This document shows, in pieces, positions 44,600 to 58,202 of a stretch of DNA of 64,000 bases (positions are counted from its first letter, which is position 1; every line of letters starts with the position of its first letter). This stretch comes from Eledone cirrhosa. Lineage: Eukaryota. The notes beneath the pieces are model-generated. The model was given only the letters and a program-made list of their open reading frames with translations. It was not told the origin of the DNA and searched no databases. The DNA is taken from the NCBI GenBank assembly GCA_964016885.1, contig OZ024741.1:182094001-182158000 (forward strand), read 5' to 3'. Made by a program: the position numbers and the translations under genes.

Positions 44600-45649
44600 A
44601 TATATGTGTGGATATGTAAATAGGCATGGTCATACTCGATAACGAGGGGCAGCATTTTAGCATTTTAAAACTGGTGGAGGCCATCCCGTCTTCAGATCTG
44701 TATACAGCTAATTTCCTCCAGAAAAGGAGAGTGCAAGTGAGAGAGGAAATGAGAAAGACATATAGAAAATAAACATGATTCCAGTACCTGACTAGTACTT
44801 TTTTTACCGACCTCGAATGAATGAATGGCAAAGTTGACCTCGGTGCGCAGGGAAATGGAACAGACAACCAAAGCATTCTATCCGACATCCTAATGAATCT
44901 GCCAATTCGCCACTTCTATAATATTCTATTCGGTATATGATGGTAGAGATGAAAAGCAGCCCTGAATTTCACACTTTTCTGAAATGTGCATAAATGGATG
45001 CATTAGTGCCGTCTATTGTCTTGAAGAAAGTTATAATGTGTAAACTCGCTGGGCGTGAAATACGAGTGGCTATTCGTGATGTTAATTTGGAGAACAACCT
45101 CCAGTATTAATTTCTTGCCATTCCGACGTTTTTTCTCAATAATGGCCTCACTAAACTCAGAAATGTTCATAGTAAGATACAATCTCAGAGTGAGAATATG
45201 ATCCTATGTAGTGAATGGCATTGTCCAAGCAATTACTAATTTTAAAGTGTTGGTGGTGCTTTTCTGAATCTATTTTACTCACTGTACTCTCTTTTTCTCT
45301 TGCCTTGCTATACAATTTGGCGAATTGGTAGAGTTATTAGATTGTCAGATTAAATGTCTCGTTAATTATTCCTGCTCTCCGCAATCTGAGTTCAAAACGC
45401 ATTGAGTTCAACTTTGCTGTTTATTCTTTTGGGGTTGATTAAAATATACCAGTGAAGTTCTGGCGACGAGAATTGAATTGGCTGGTTTGCGGTATCCGTT
45501 CCGACTTTGTGTGTCATGTGTTGAAATCCAGCCTCCTCTCATCGGAGCTGCGACTGGCAGGATTTATCAATTATAGAGAGACTCATGGAAACACGCATTC
45601 CTTGGTTCATTTTCTTTGCTCAGTAGAACCGCGTCCACTTTGTTTTTCA

Positions 45650-46100
45650 TTGATAGCCTGAATCCTCTTGATCATTATCAATCTATTTCTAAACACCTTC
45701 AGTAGTTTCCCAATTTTCAGCATATATAATGTTGTACTGAAAATAATTTCCTTGCAAATCTAAATTAGGTTTAATGTTATACAAAACCATCTCTCAACTA
45801 TTTGCTTAATTTATAGTCTTGGCCTCTTTTCAAGTAACTACAAAGTATAAAATATGCATAGTTAATGTTTGCCATAGTGAAATATCCCTTGCTCCCCTGT
45901 ATCTTGGTCGTCATCCTACATAATCATTACTTCTTCTAAAAAGTTGCAATTATTTTTCTCCTAACATATCCTTCTGGGGTGTGTTAGAAGAGAGGAAAAG
46001 ACTTCTAATTTTCCATTATTCAAGAAGCAACAATACTTTCATTGAGAGAAATCTTCATACGATGTGTGGAAGCGTTTCATATACGTGGCAAAATAATTGA
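45650..46100 (-). mobile_element. Highly degenerate LINE RT fragment (tentative)
   Basis: Only short motifs on the minus strand (RDISL, LLEKR, GF) spaced like early RT motifs. Confidence 0.3.
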
Positions 46101-46599
46101 ATAGCATGTCAGAAAAATATTAATAAAAAGGCATGCATTTTTTGAGTTGATGTATATATGAAATAACTGGTTCATAATGTAGTTTATTTTATTTTCGAAC
46201 TATCTAGCACTTCAGGCGATGTAAGCAATCAGCATTTGTATATATCAAGGCAAAATTCATGCGTTATGAAACTTACGACTAGCTAGGCTCTGTTCATGTT
46301 TGTTAATCTGCATGTATTTAAGAACATGACAATAGAATAAGCCAGTTTTATCGGCACTGTAAATCTGTGGTAAAATATGGCGGTAATAAATTTTCAAAAG
46401 GGACAACCTGTAAAATGTCTATACTTAAAGATTGTTCTAAAATAACGTTAATGGATGAAACACCTACTCGATCAGGGCTGAGCTGCAGCTAAATAGTGAC
46501 ATCAGCATCATTATTCCAACAAGCTTTTAATTATGTTACTCTCTGATAATGTTCGTATATTACACTTTCCATTCTCTCTCTCTCTCTCTCTCTCTCCCG

Positions 46600-46654
<55 letters not shown>

Positions 46655-46923
46655 TGTTAGAAAATGTAGAAAACTCGCACACACAGAAATGAACTGTTAA
46701 CACAGACGATTGCTATCAACAATACATTAGAATATCGGGTAAACTACCCCTAGAGACGGGATGAAATGTCAGCAGCCGCTACAGAGAATCGCAATCCCTA
46801 CGTCATAAACACCTAGAGTTTGAAAGGTGCAGACTTCAACTCTCTGTAGCGGCTGCTGGTAACTTTTTACCACGTTTAGGGGTATTTAACTTGGTTTTCT
46901 CATGTATTATTTATAGCAACACA

Positions 46924-47112
46924 GGGCGGTGGATTGGCAGTATCGGTAGAGGGTCGGACGCCATGCTTTCCAGCATAGTTACGTCCCTTTACGATCTGAG
47001 TTCAAATCCCGCCGAGGTTGACTTTGCCTTTCATCCTTACGGGGTCGATAAAATAAAGTACCAGTAATGCACTGGGTAATTGCTGGCCTTGTGCCTAAAG
47101 TAGAAACAATTA
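46924..47112 (+). mobile_element. SINE family 1, full length with TSD
   Basis: Flanked by attatttatagcaac on both sides. Confidence 0.9.
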
Positions 47113-47237
47113 TTTATAGCAACTGACTGTGTCGAAAATCACAACCTGCGTTTGAGATTGTCTACGTTTTTTAAGAATTTCAATCCCCTCAACGCTCCAA
47201 TAATTTATTTACACACATACTTACACACACATATATA

Positions 47238-47553
47238 CAGTGTACGCCCGGTATTCGCGGTTCCACATTCACGGTCCCGGTATTTCGCTGAATTTTCCTT
47301 AAAACCTAACTAATAATTGTTCGTAGAAACCAAAGCATATTCGCGGAATCGTAAATAGCTTGTGCGATTTTTTAATGGCTTTCTTCGTGGCAATATATAT
47401 ATTTTTGACGCTTTTTAACGCTAAATTATTAATAACACATTTGCCGGCCTATATTTTACGTTATGTTTTGACGTTTATAGACATTTTTATAGACCACGTC
47501 CAATATTCGCGGGTGCTCTAGGAACGTACCCTGCGAATAGCGAGGAACAATTG
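47238..47553. mobile_element. Tigger/pogo-like MITE
   Basis: TA|CAGTGTACGCCCGGTATTCGCGG ... CTGCGAATAGCGAGGAACAATTG|TA imperfect TIRs. Confidence 0.65.
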
Positions 47554-48435
47554 TATATATATATATTATGTGAAGTGTAAGTATCCCAACTCTTTCTTAA
47601 TTTAACTGTTGGAATCCTTAAATTCCTTCGATTGTTAATATAGGTTTTTTTGTTCAATATAGGTGCTTTCCTATGAACGAATCACTATCATGTGCTCCGA
47701 AGCCAATTATCCACCCACATAGCATAGCTTTCTTTGAGCAGTTTCTAGAGAGCAAGATCGGAAAATTGCCTTGGCTTTTGTGCTTCTTACGATATCAGTA
47801 AAACATGTACCGAACTTGAAGATGACAGTTACTGGGGTCGATTTGATCGACCAAATCCATTCAATTCAATGTGTTTTCGTAGCATGGCAGCAGTCTAATT
47901 GATGAAGCCAGTAAAAGAATATATATTATATATATGTGTGTGAGTATATGTGAACGTGGGCGTATATATATGTGTATGTATGTGTACGCCAACACGTTCT
48001 ATTACACAACACTTCTTTCCTTTTATCTCAGCAATTCCTTACCCTGTTTGCCAGCTTCTTCAACAGAATTTCTAGTTTTCTCTATTTATCTGAAATTCAG
48101 AGTTGAGTGTGATTATTTTTTTTATTGTGCAAAATGGTAGTGCTGGTGACAGGACAAAATGCACTTGGTACCATTTTCTAAAATGGTTGGCGTTTGGAAG
48201 GACATAGAAACCATTTAGTTTCGGAATTTTACAACCCACCTTGCCTATGTCCGCACAGAAAGAGCACGTAAAAGGATGATGATGGTGGTGTGTCTCTGTG
48301 TGTGTGCATGTGTGAGCATGTGTGAACATATCAAAACAAGATCAGAGTCTTGGACCATCTATCGTTCAAAATGTACTAATAGATCAAGGGGGAAAGGATA
48401 AGTGAAGATACGCGGGCTGCGTTATCAGACAATCA

Positions 48436-48502
<67 letters not shown>

Positions 48503-49927
48503 TGTTGTTGTTGTTGTAGAAGACATACGCAGAATATGTTGGACCTCCTTCAGTTCTGGCGATGAGCGTTCCAATTTATCGTAACATTGCGAGCGCCTGA
48601 GCATTCCACAGGTACGAGTCCCCTTAACACAGACGTCAGGCAGACTTCACATGGTACTGTGTAACAAAGCTGACACTGACTTAAAGGTAGTACTCATTTT
48701 ACCAGCTGAATGGGCTGGAACAACATGAAATATATTTCCTTGCACAAGGAAGGCAAAATATGTGGTTGTAAGATTCGCATGGTATATTTATTCTAAATTT
48801 CAGAATCTACGAGATTAGCCTATTCGTGATTATAGAGGAACCTTAATTAGAATTTCGTAAACGTATCATTTGAATCTACAATCTAATATGTTTCTATAAT
48901 AGGATAAATTGCTTCTATCCACTCACGTTTTCTCTCTTAGACACCCCAGTAGCATTTAATCCTTTTTATACCAAACAACATGAAACGGCCTTCTTGTTAA
49001 AAGATGCAAAGTAGTTTATTTAAAACTGTTTATCTTTATCTAACTAGATACATTGCGCCATGATTTTAAAATAATGAGAAAGTTAATTATATGAATAAGA
49101 AACATCTACACATTTTTTTTATTATTTGTAATATTAGTTGAAAATGTTAGGCAATGCCTTTCATTAAAAATATTGTAATGAAGGAGTTAATTCTATGTAT
49201 TTCACTTTGCTATTGTTGTTTCTATATTAACCTTCATTTTCTTCTCCCTCCTATATTGTTCATCAAAAGAGTGTTCCTCCACGTTTCTCACTCTCACTTT
49301 CTCACTGAGAGGTTTAACTCATCAGCTCACTCCATTCATATATCTATTAACTTTATATTGATTATTTATTAATATATTAATAAATATTATCATTTATTCG
49401 GTACGTTAATTACGAAATCTGTTAAATCGGGGGTCCGTTATATCGATCGCTAATTGAAATTCATACGCAAATATTTGTAAATATATATAGATATGCATAC
49501 ATAGATATATACATTCGTATGTGTTTGTATGTATGTGGGTATACATACATATTTAAATATGCTGTGTATACGCACATATTTGTAAACATATATAAGCATA
49601 TATACATGCGTATGTATATCCATATACGTATATATTTATATGCCTGTAGGTAAACATACATGCATATATACGTACATACCTGTATGTATAGAGGCATACA
49701 TATATTTATATGTACACAAATATGCGTATTTATGGGGATTATATAGATATACATAAATGCATATATACACGGATACACGTAATATTTGAATGAATATATG
49801 TATATATATGCATGAATATGTACAACCAAATACGTACATATTTGCAGGTATGCAGGCATACATACATACATGCATATATAAATAAATCTACGTAGATCTT
49901 TGCATCATATGAATTATATGAATATAA

Positions 49928-50026
49928 AGGTTAACTTTGCCTTTCATCCTTACGGGGTCGATAAAATAAAGTACCAGTAATGCACTGGATAATTGCTGGC
50001 CTTGTGCCTAACGTAGAAACAATTAT
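49928..50026 (+). mobile_element. 5'-truncated SINE family 1 with TSD
   Basis: aattatatgaatataaa duplicated on both sides; another truncated copy at 38787-38868. Confidence 0.85.
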
Positions 50027-50296
50027 ATGAATATAAACATCCATACACTTATATATTAGTATATATGTAGATATAGGTACATGCATATATATACATAGAT
50101 ATACGTATATATTTGTATGTATATATGTATATATGTATATATACACAGCTATACATACGTGCTTCTATGCATATAGGTATACACACATGCCTATATATAT
50201 ATATATATATATACGTTATTCCGGGTTGAATCGGAGGTAACCACAGTAAGTAAGGTTCTCAATACATAGCAGAGTATAAAAGTTTTAATATAGATG

Positions 50297-50347
50297 AGAT
50301 TCTACAGGACTAGAACTGTTTCATTCTTTAGAAATCATCAGGAATCT
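50297..50347 (-). ncRNA. Type I hammerhead ribozyme motif with full stem III (family E)
   Basis: Minus strand agattc-CTGATGA-tttctaaagaat-GAA-ACAG-ttctagtc-CTGT-A-gaatct; GUA cleavage triplet. Confidence 0.75.
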
Positions 50348-50666
50348 GGGTATCAAAAAATATATGTATGTGTATGTATATATATGTATGTATATGTATG
50401 TGTATGTATATATATGTGTATTTGTATATATATATATATGTATATGTGTGATTGTATGTGTGTATATATATATGGATATTCGTACATAAGCATATGCAGA
50501 ATGGCGGCTTCAACTAAGTTAGCATTGACGTGGCTGTAGCCAGAGGCCCTAAAATAATTAACGGACCAAAAATTGATTTTTTGCTAACATAAATAATAAA
50601 CAAGGCAGCCCACTCCTCCTTCGATGAAAATTTCAGCCAGGGGCTGTATATATATATATATATATA

Positions 50667-51400
<734 letters not shown>

Positions 51401-51532
51401 TTTACAGTGAGTGGTGGGTGCTTTTTTTGCCGTGGCACCTCCACGACAACTATGCAGTGGGAGGAGGTGGGGGAATATGGTCTATATGCTTCAGTTTCGG
51501 TTTGTACCTGTGGGAAGTCGGGTCTTTATATA

Positions 51533-51564
<32 letters not shown>

Positions 51565-51567
51565 AAT

Positions 51568-52183
51568 ATAAACGGAAAAAATGTAACGAAATTTCATTTC
51601 TCACTCTTAGTACGGCTGTTACTTAAATATAAGTATGTATACGTACATACATATATGTATACAGACGTACAGTAGTATGTATATATATATACATACATGC
51701 ACACACATATATATGTACGTATGGATTCACCGAACATATATTATAATGTTCGATGTGTTTGTAAACAAACATCCCGAATTAAGCCGTAGTCTCTAGCAAC
51801 CATCGTTGCTCGTTTGTTCAACACTGACAAAGGAACGCTGTACTAGTTTCAAGCTAATTAGCTATCATCAGCAACGTATACCTTCCTGCCAGATGATTGA
51901 ACGTCTGAAAGTATATACTTTCCTTATGCATATTAACGCCTGAGCAGCCTAATTTGCATATCGAGTGAGTTAATCGGCCGGGGTACCGAAAACGATAAAC
52001 GGAAAAAATGAAACGAAATTTCATTTCTCACTCTTAGTACGGCTGATACCTAAATATAAGTATTTATACGTACATACATATATGTATACAGACGTACAGT
52101 AGTATGTATATATATATATACATACATGCACACATATATATATGTACGTATGGATTCACCAAACATTTATTATGGATTCACCG

Positions 52184-52190
<7 letters not shown>
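51568..52190 (-). mobile_element. 428-bp partially tandem non-coding unit with hammerhead (retrozyme/mini-PLE-like)
   Basis: About 170-bp direct repeats start at 51568 and 51996; hammerhead in between; (TA)n flanks. Confidence 0.7.
51836..51876 (-). ncRNA. Minimal type I hammerhead ribozyme motif, intact core
   Basis: Minus strand cgttg-CTGATGA-t-agcta-at-tagct-t-GAA-ACTAGT-A-cagcg. Confidence 0.8.
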
Positions 52191-53900
<1,710 letters not shown>

Positions 53901-53928
53901 ATTTATATTACAACACAACGGAAAATAC

Positions 53929-53984
<56 letters not shown>

Positions 53985-54018
53985 TCCAATTCTCTAACCA
54001 CTCAGTCACCACACATCT

Positions 54019-54162
<144 letters not shown>

Positions 54163-54164
54163 AG

Positions 54165-54378
54165 ACGTGTGGTGACTGAGTGGTTAGAGAATTGGATTCG
54201 CAATCGTGAGGTTGTGAGTTCGATTCCTGGACCGGGCGATGCGATATGTCCTTGAGCAAGACACTTTATTTCACGTTGCTCCTTCTACCTGGAGTTGCGA
54301 CCGATAGATAGTATTAGCAATTGGAAAGACCAATGGAAACACTGTTTCCTCGGTCCGATTTGACGAAAGTCGATCGTT
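54165..54378 (+). mobile_element. SINE family 2 head plus tail, second copy
   Basis: Matches 34339-34550. Confidence 0.8.
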
Positions 54379-54757
54379 AGGAAAAAAAAATATATATATA
54401 TATAAGTGTGCGTGTGTGTATACGCAATATATTTCTGAATGATGTATATACGCATAAAATAGGATAAAGATCCCATAACTCCTTTTGGAGCCGTAGAGAC
54501 ACCACCATACGGCGTGTCTAGGGCACAGTTAAACCTGGTGGAGCTCAACCCTCTCCAGGTCTGAACTCAGCCGATTTTCTCTATAGAGGTAGAATCCACC
54601 CCAGTACTGTACTGGCACTTTTTTTTTTTTATCGAACTCGAAATGACGAAAGGCAAATGTGACAACGGCGGGATTTGAACTCAGAGCGTGCAATGAGGTG
54701 AGATGAATATCGTAAAGCATTCTCTCCGACGTCTTAACGTCTCTCTCTCTCTCTCTC

Positions 54758-54885
<128 letters not shown>

Positions 54886-54890
54886 CATAT

Positions 54891-55185
<295 letters not shown>

Positions 55186-55189
55186 TATA

Positions 55190-55575
55190 AATTAGCGAGA
55201 ATCGTATAATTCGGCTTAGGAATAAACGAAAAACAACTTCCGAGATGTTAGATATATATAAAATTAGTAACCCCACTATCCGGGAGCTTCCAACCGACAT
55301 GGTCGCATTCTTTAAGGGTATGTCAATATTTGTTTATAAAACTGATCTATATTATATTTTATCTGATGAAAGCGCACCATAATTTGCTTTGGTGTCCTTG
55401 TATAATGAAATGTATAATGAAATAAATATGGTTTTATATATATAGTTTCCATTTTTTAATATATTGTATTTTAACTCCAAAAATTTGTTTTTACTCCAAA
55501 AATTTGTTGAGTGCTTTATATCAGTTATAAAAATATTTTAGCTTGTTGTATCCCAACAAATTAAATATAACTTCT

Positions 55576-55580
<5 letters not shown>
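55190..55580 (+). mobile_element. Family C element, diverged hammerhead, no fold-back
   Basis: attttatCTGATGAaagcgcacc and the 3' end cccaacaaattaaatataacttct match 41833-42030. Confidence 0.7.
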
Positions 55581-55646
<66 letters not shown>

Positions 55647-55716
55647 TATATAAATTCTTTTAAAAATTATCTCCCTACATGGCTGAATACAATAAATGTT
55701 TTTCGAGTTTTTCGAA

Positions 55717-57049
55717 TCATATAACTATAATAAAGGGAGGAGTGCGGGACTGCGTCCCGAATATGTTTTTTTATCCCGTTAGTAAAATAAGTTAGATTAC
55801 TTCGAATAAATAATGAATGAATATTACATAATTTATCTACTAAATATTCTTATATATAATGATTGCTTATTTTAAGATTCACTTCTTTTAACATTTTCAA
55901 TTGTCTACACTTCCGATTAGCGTCCGTTATATCATAACACTTATTAGCTTGCTTATGTAAACATCCATATATTTGCATCGTTATATAAGGTTTCATTACA
56001 TTTGACCGTAATGCAGATTATATATAACTAGCAGTGGTACACGGCGTTGCACGGGATAAGGTATTTTGGAACGCGGGCTGCCAACAGACCTAATCGTAGA
56101 AAATCTGCATGCGTGGACAATATGTAAAGAAAATAAACCGAATACTCTTATAGCTGGATAATCTTTAAGATTTTCCTCGATGAAGCAGGAAAAATGCAGG
56201 TTTTCACCTATTGCGGGCCCTAGGGGATGAAGAAAATGAATTTTTTTATGTGCATAATACTCCCTGAAACATAAGTAATACACATGTAAAGTTTGAAAAA
56301 AAGCCGGTTGGGTAATTTTCGAGTTTTAGGGATTCAAACTCACAGACACACACACAAACACAGACAGACATCCTCAGGGAAGTGACGTAATGCAGACAGT
56401 CAGACATACAGACAGATATTATAAGGGCGTTGGATTGGCAGTATCGGTAGAGGGTCGGACGCCATGCTTTGCAACAAAGAGTTACGGCCCTTTATGGTTT
56501 GAGTTCAAATCCCGCCGAGGTTAAATTTGCCTTTCATCCTTACGGGGTCGATAAAATAAAGTACCAGTAATACACTGGATAATTGCTGGCCTTGTGCCAA
56601 AAGTAGAAACAATTATAAGGGCGCGACGTTATATGTATGTATCTATCTAAAAAGAGAAAACTAAGAATTATAGAGAAAGATCGCTAAATCGCCTAGGGCA
56701 TTGAAAATTTGAAATTTCTTTTGCTCAGAACACTCCCTGAAACATAAGTATTATATGTGTAAAGTTTTAAAAGAGTCTATTGGGTGGTTCCCGAGTTTTA
56801 GGGATTCAAACTCACACACACAGACATCCTCAGTTTTATATATATAGATATCGTCTTTTTAAAATGTATCCTGGATTACTTTACTGATTACAGAAGAGAG
56901 TGTAACACAGTCTCTCTTCAACTTCTGTGCATATTGTCAATTACGATTTTATTTGATATATATCTACATGAATGTGTATTTGCATATAATATAAATATGC
57001 ACACTACACAGGCTAGCAGAAAACCGCCCAAAAGGTGGTTTTCTGGTAG
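55717..57049 (+). mobile_element. Composite Helitron (host A with nested minus-strand family H at 56028-56848)
   Basis: A|TC start; terminal hairpin cagaaaaccgcc..ggtggttttctg then GTAG|T; nested element has TC and CTAG ends on the minus strand. Confidence 0.7.
56426..56615 (+). mobile_element. SINE family 1 nested in Helitron
   Basis: TSD attataagggcg. Confidence 0.9.
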
Positions 57050-57273
57050 TTAAAAATAATATTCGTTTGCAATTATGCAAACAGCTTCTTTTTTAAAGCT
57101 ATGTCAGTAGAATGAGCCCCTCATTATTGGTCTTGTGTTGGCATGTAAACAGAACATGCCAACGCAAGAGCAAGAATGAGGGATCATTCTACTCACATGG
57201 CTTTAAAAAAGAGGCTGTTTGCATAATTGCAAACGAATATTATTTTTAATATTCGAGAAACTCAGATTACATT

Positions 57274-57278
<5 letters not shown>
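57050..57278. mobile_element. Family F fold-back palindrome (left arm continues at 55655-55716)
   Basis: Arms meet at tggcatgt-aaacaga-acatgcca. Confidence 0.75.
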
Positions 57279-57353
<75 letters not shown>

Positions 57354-57390
57354 CAGAAATAGCTGTATATATATATATATATATACATAA

Positions 57391-57468
57391 TTTCAGAAAT
57401 AGCTGTCGAAACGGCCGGAGCTCAGCCGTCGGGGTCCTGACTCTTTTCCTAGTACCCACTCTACTACT
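57391..57468 (+). mobile_element. Diverged family B copy
   Basis: ttcagaaatagctgtcgaaacggccggagctcagccgtcggggtcc...tacccactctactac. Confidence 0.7.
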
Positions 57469-57493
57469 ATATATATATATATATACACACACA

Positions 57494-57543
<50 letters not shown>

Positions 57544-58202
57544 CACACTTACAGTCGAATACGTGAGAACTTCAAACATCACTGGTGACAACTCGCTATA
57601 TTATACTAAAAGAAGAGAAAGAAATAAAGAAATATATAGAAATATATATTTTTGTAAATAAGACAATAGAACCGTGTGGAAATGGAAGCACCAATTGAAA
57701 CATAAGTTTTAAATCTCCGAAGCCGTTTATGAAAGTATTGAAGAAGACAAGAAAACACACTTCGATCTTCCGACGTGGAAGAGGCTCCAATCAGAAGAAA
57801 AATGAGTATAAATCCTGGAAAACTGTAAGTCCGGTATTGGAAAAAAAAAAAAAAAAATTCACAAGGGATTGACACTCCAAATCCACTATTTTCCTTTTAC
57901 TTTGCTCCACTTTTCAAATTAAATGACACGACGGTTCAGTTATATTCAAATATTGTAAGCGCGTCCATTGAGAATATTGTCTTTGACAAACTGCTCAGTT
58001 GCTCGCATGTGTGCGTGCTGAATTCTGGGTCTTTCCGCTGGGAACAACCCCTTGTTGCCCCCCACCCCTCCTTTTTTTTTTTTTAATGTACATCCATCCA
58101 TTCACTCATTCATTTACTGCCATTCTACCTTCCTGTGTCTCCCCATCCATGCAGCCCCTTTTCGCTCTCGATTTCTAGAACCTCCATATATATAGGTGAG
58201 CT

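Noticed and set aside
57660-57830. Possible coding exon ending in GTAAGT
   Set aside because: Stops in all frames and a weak acceptor
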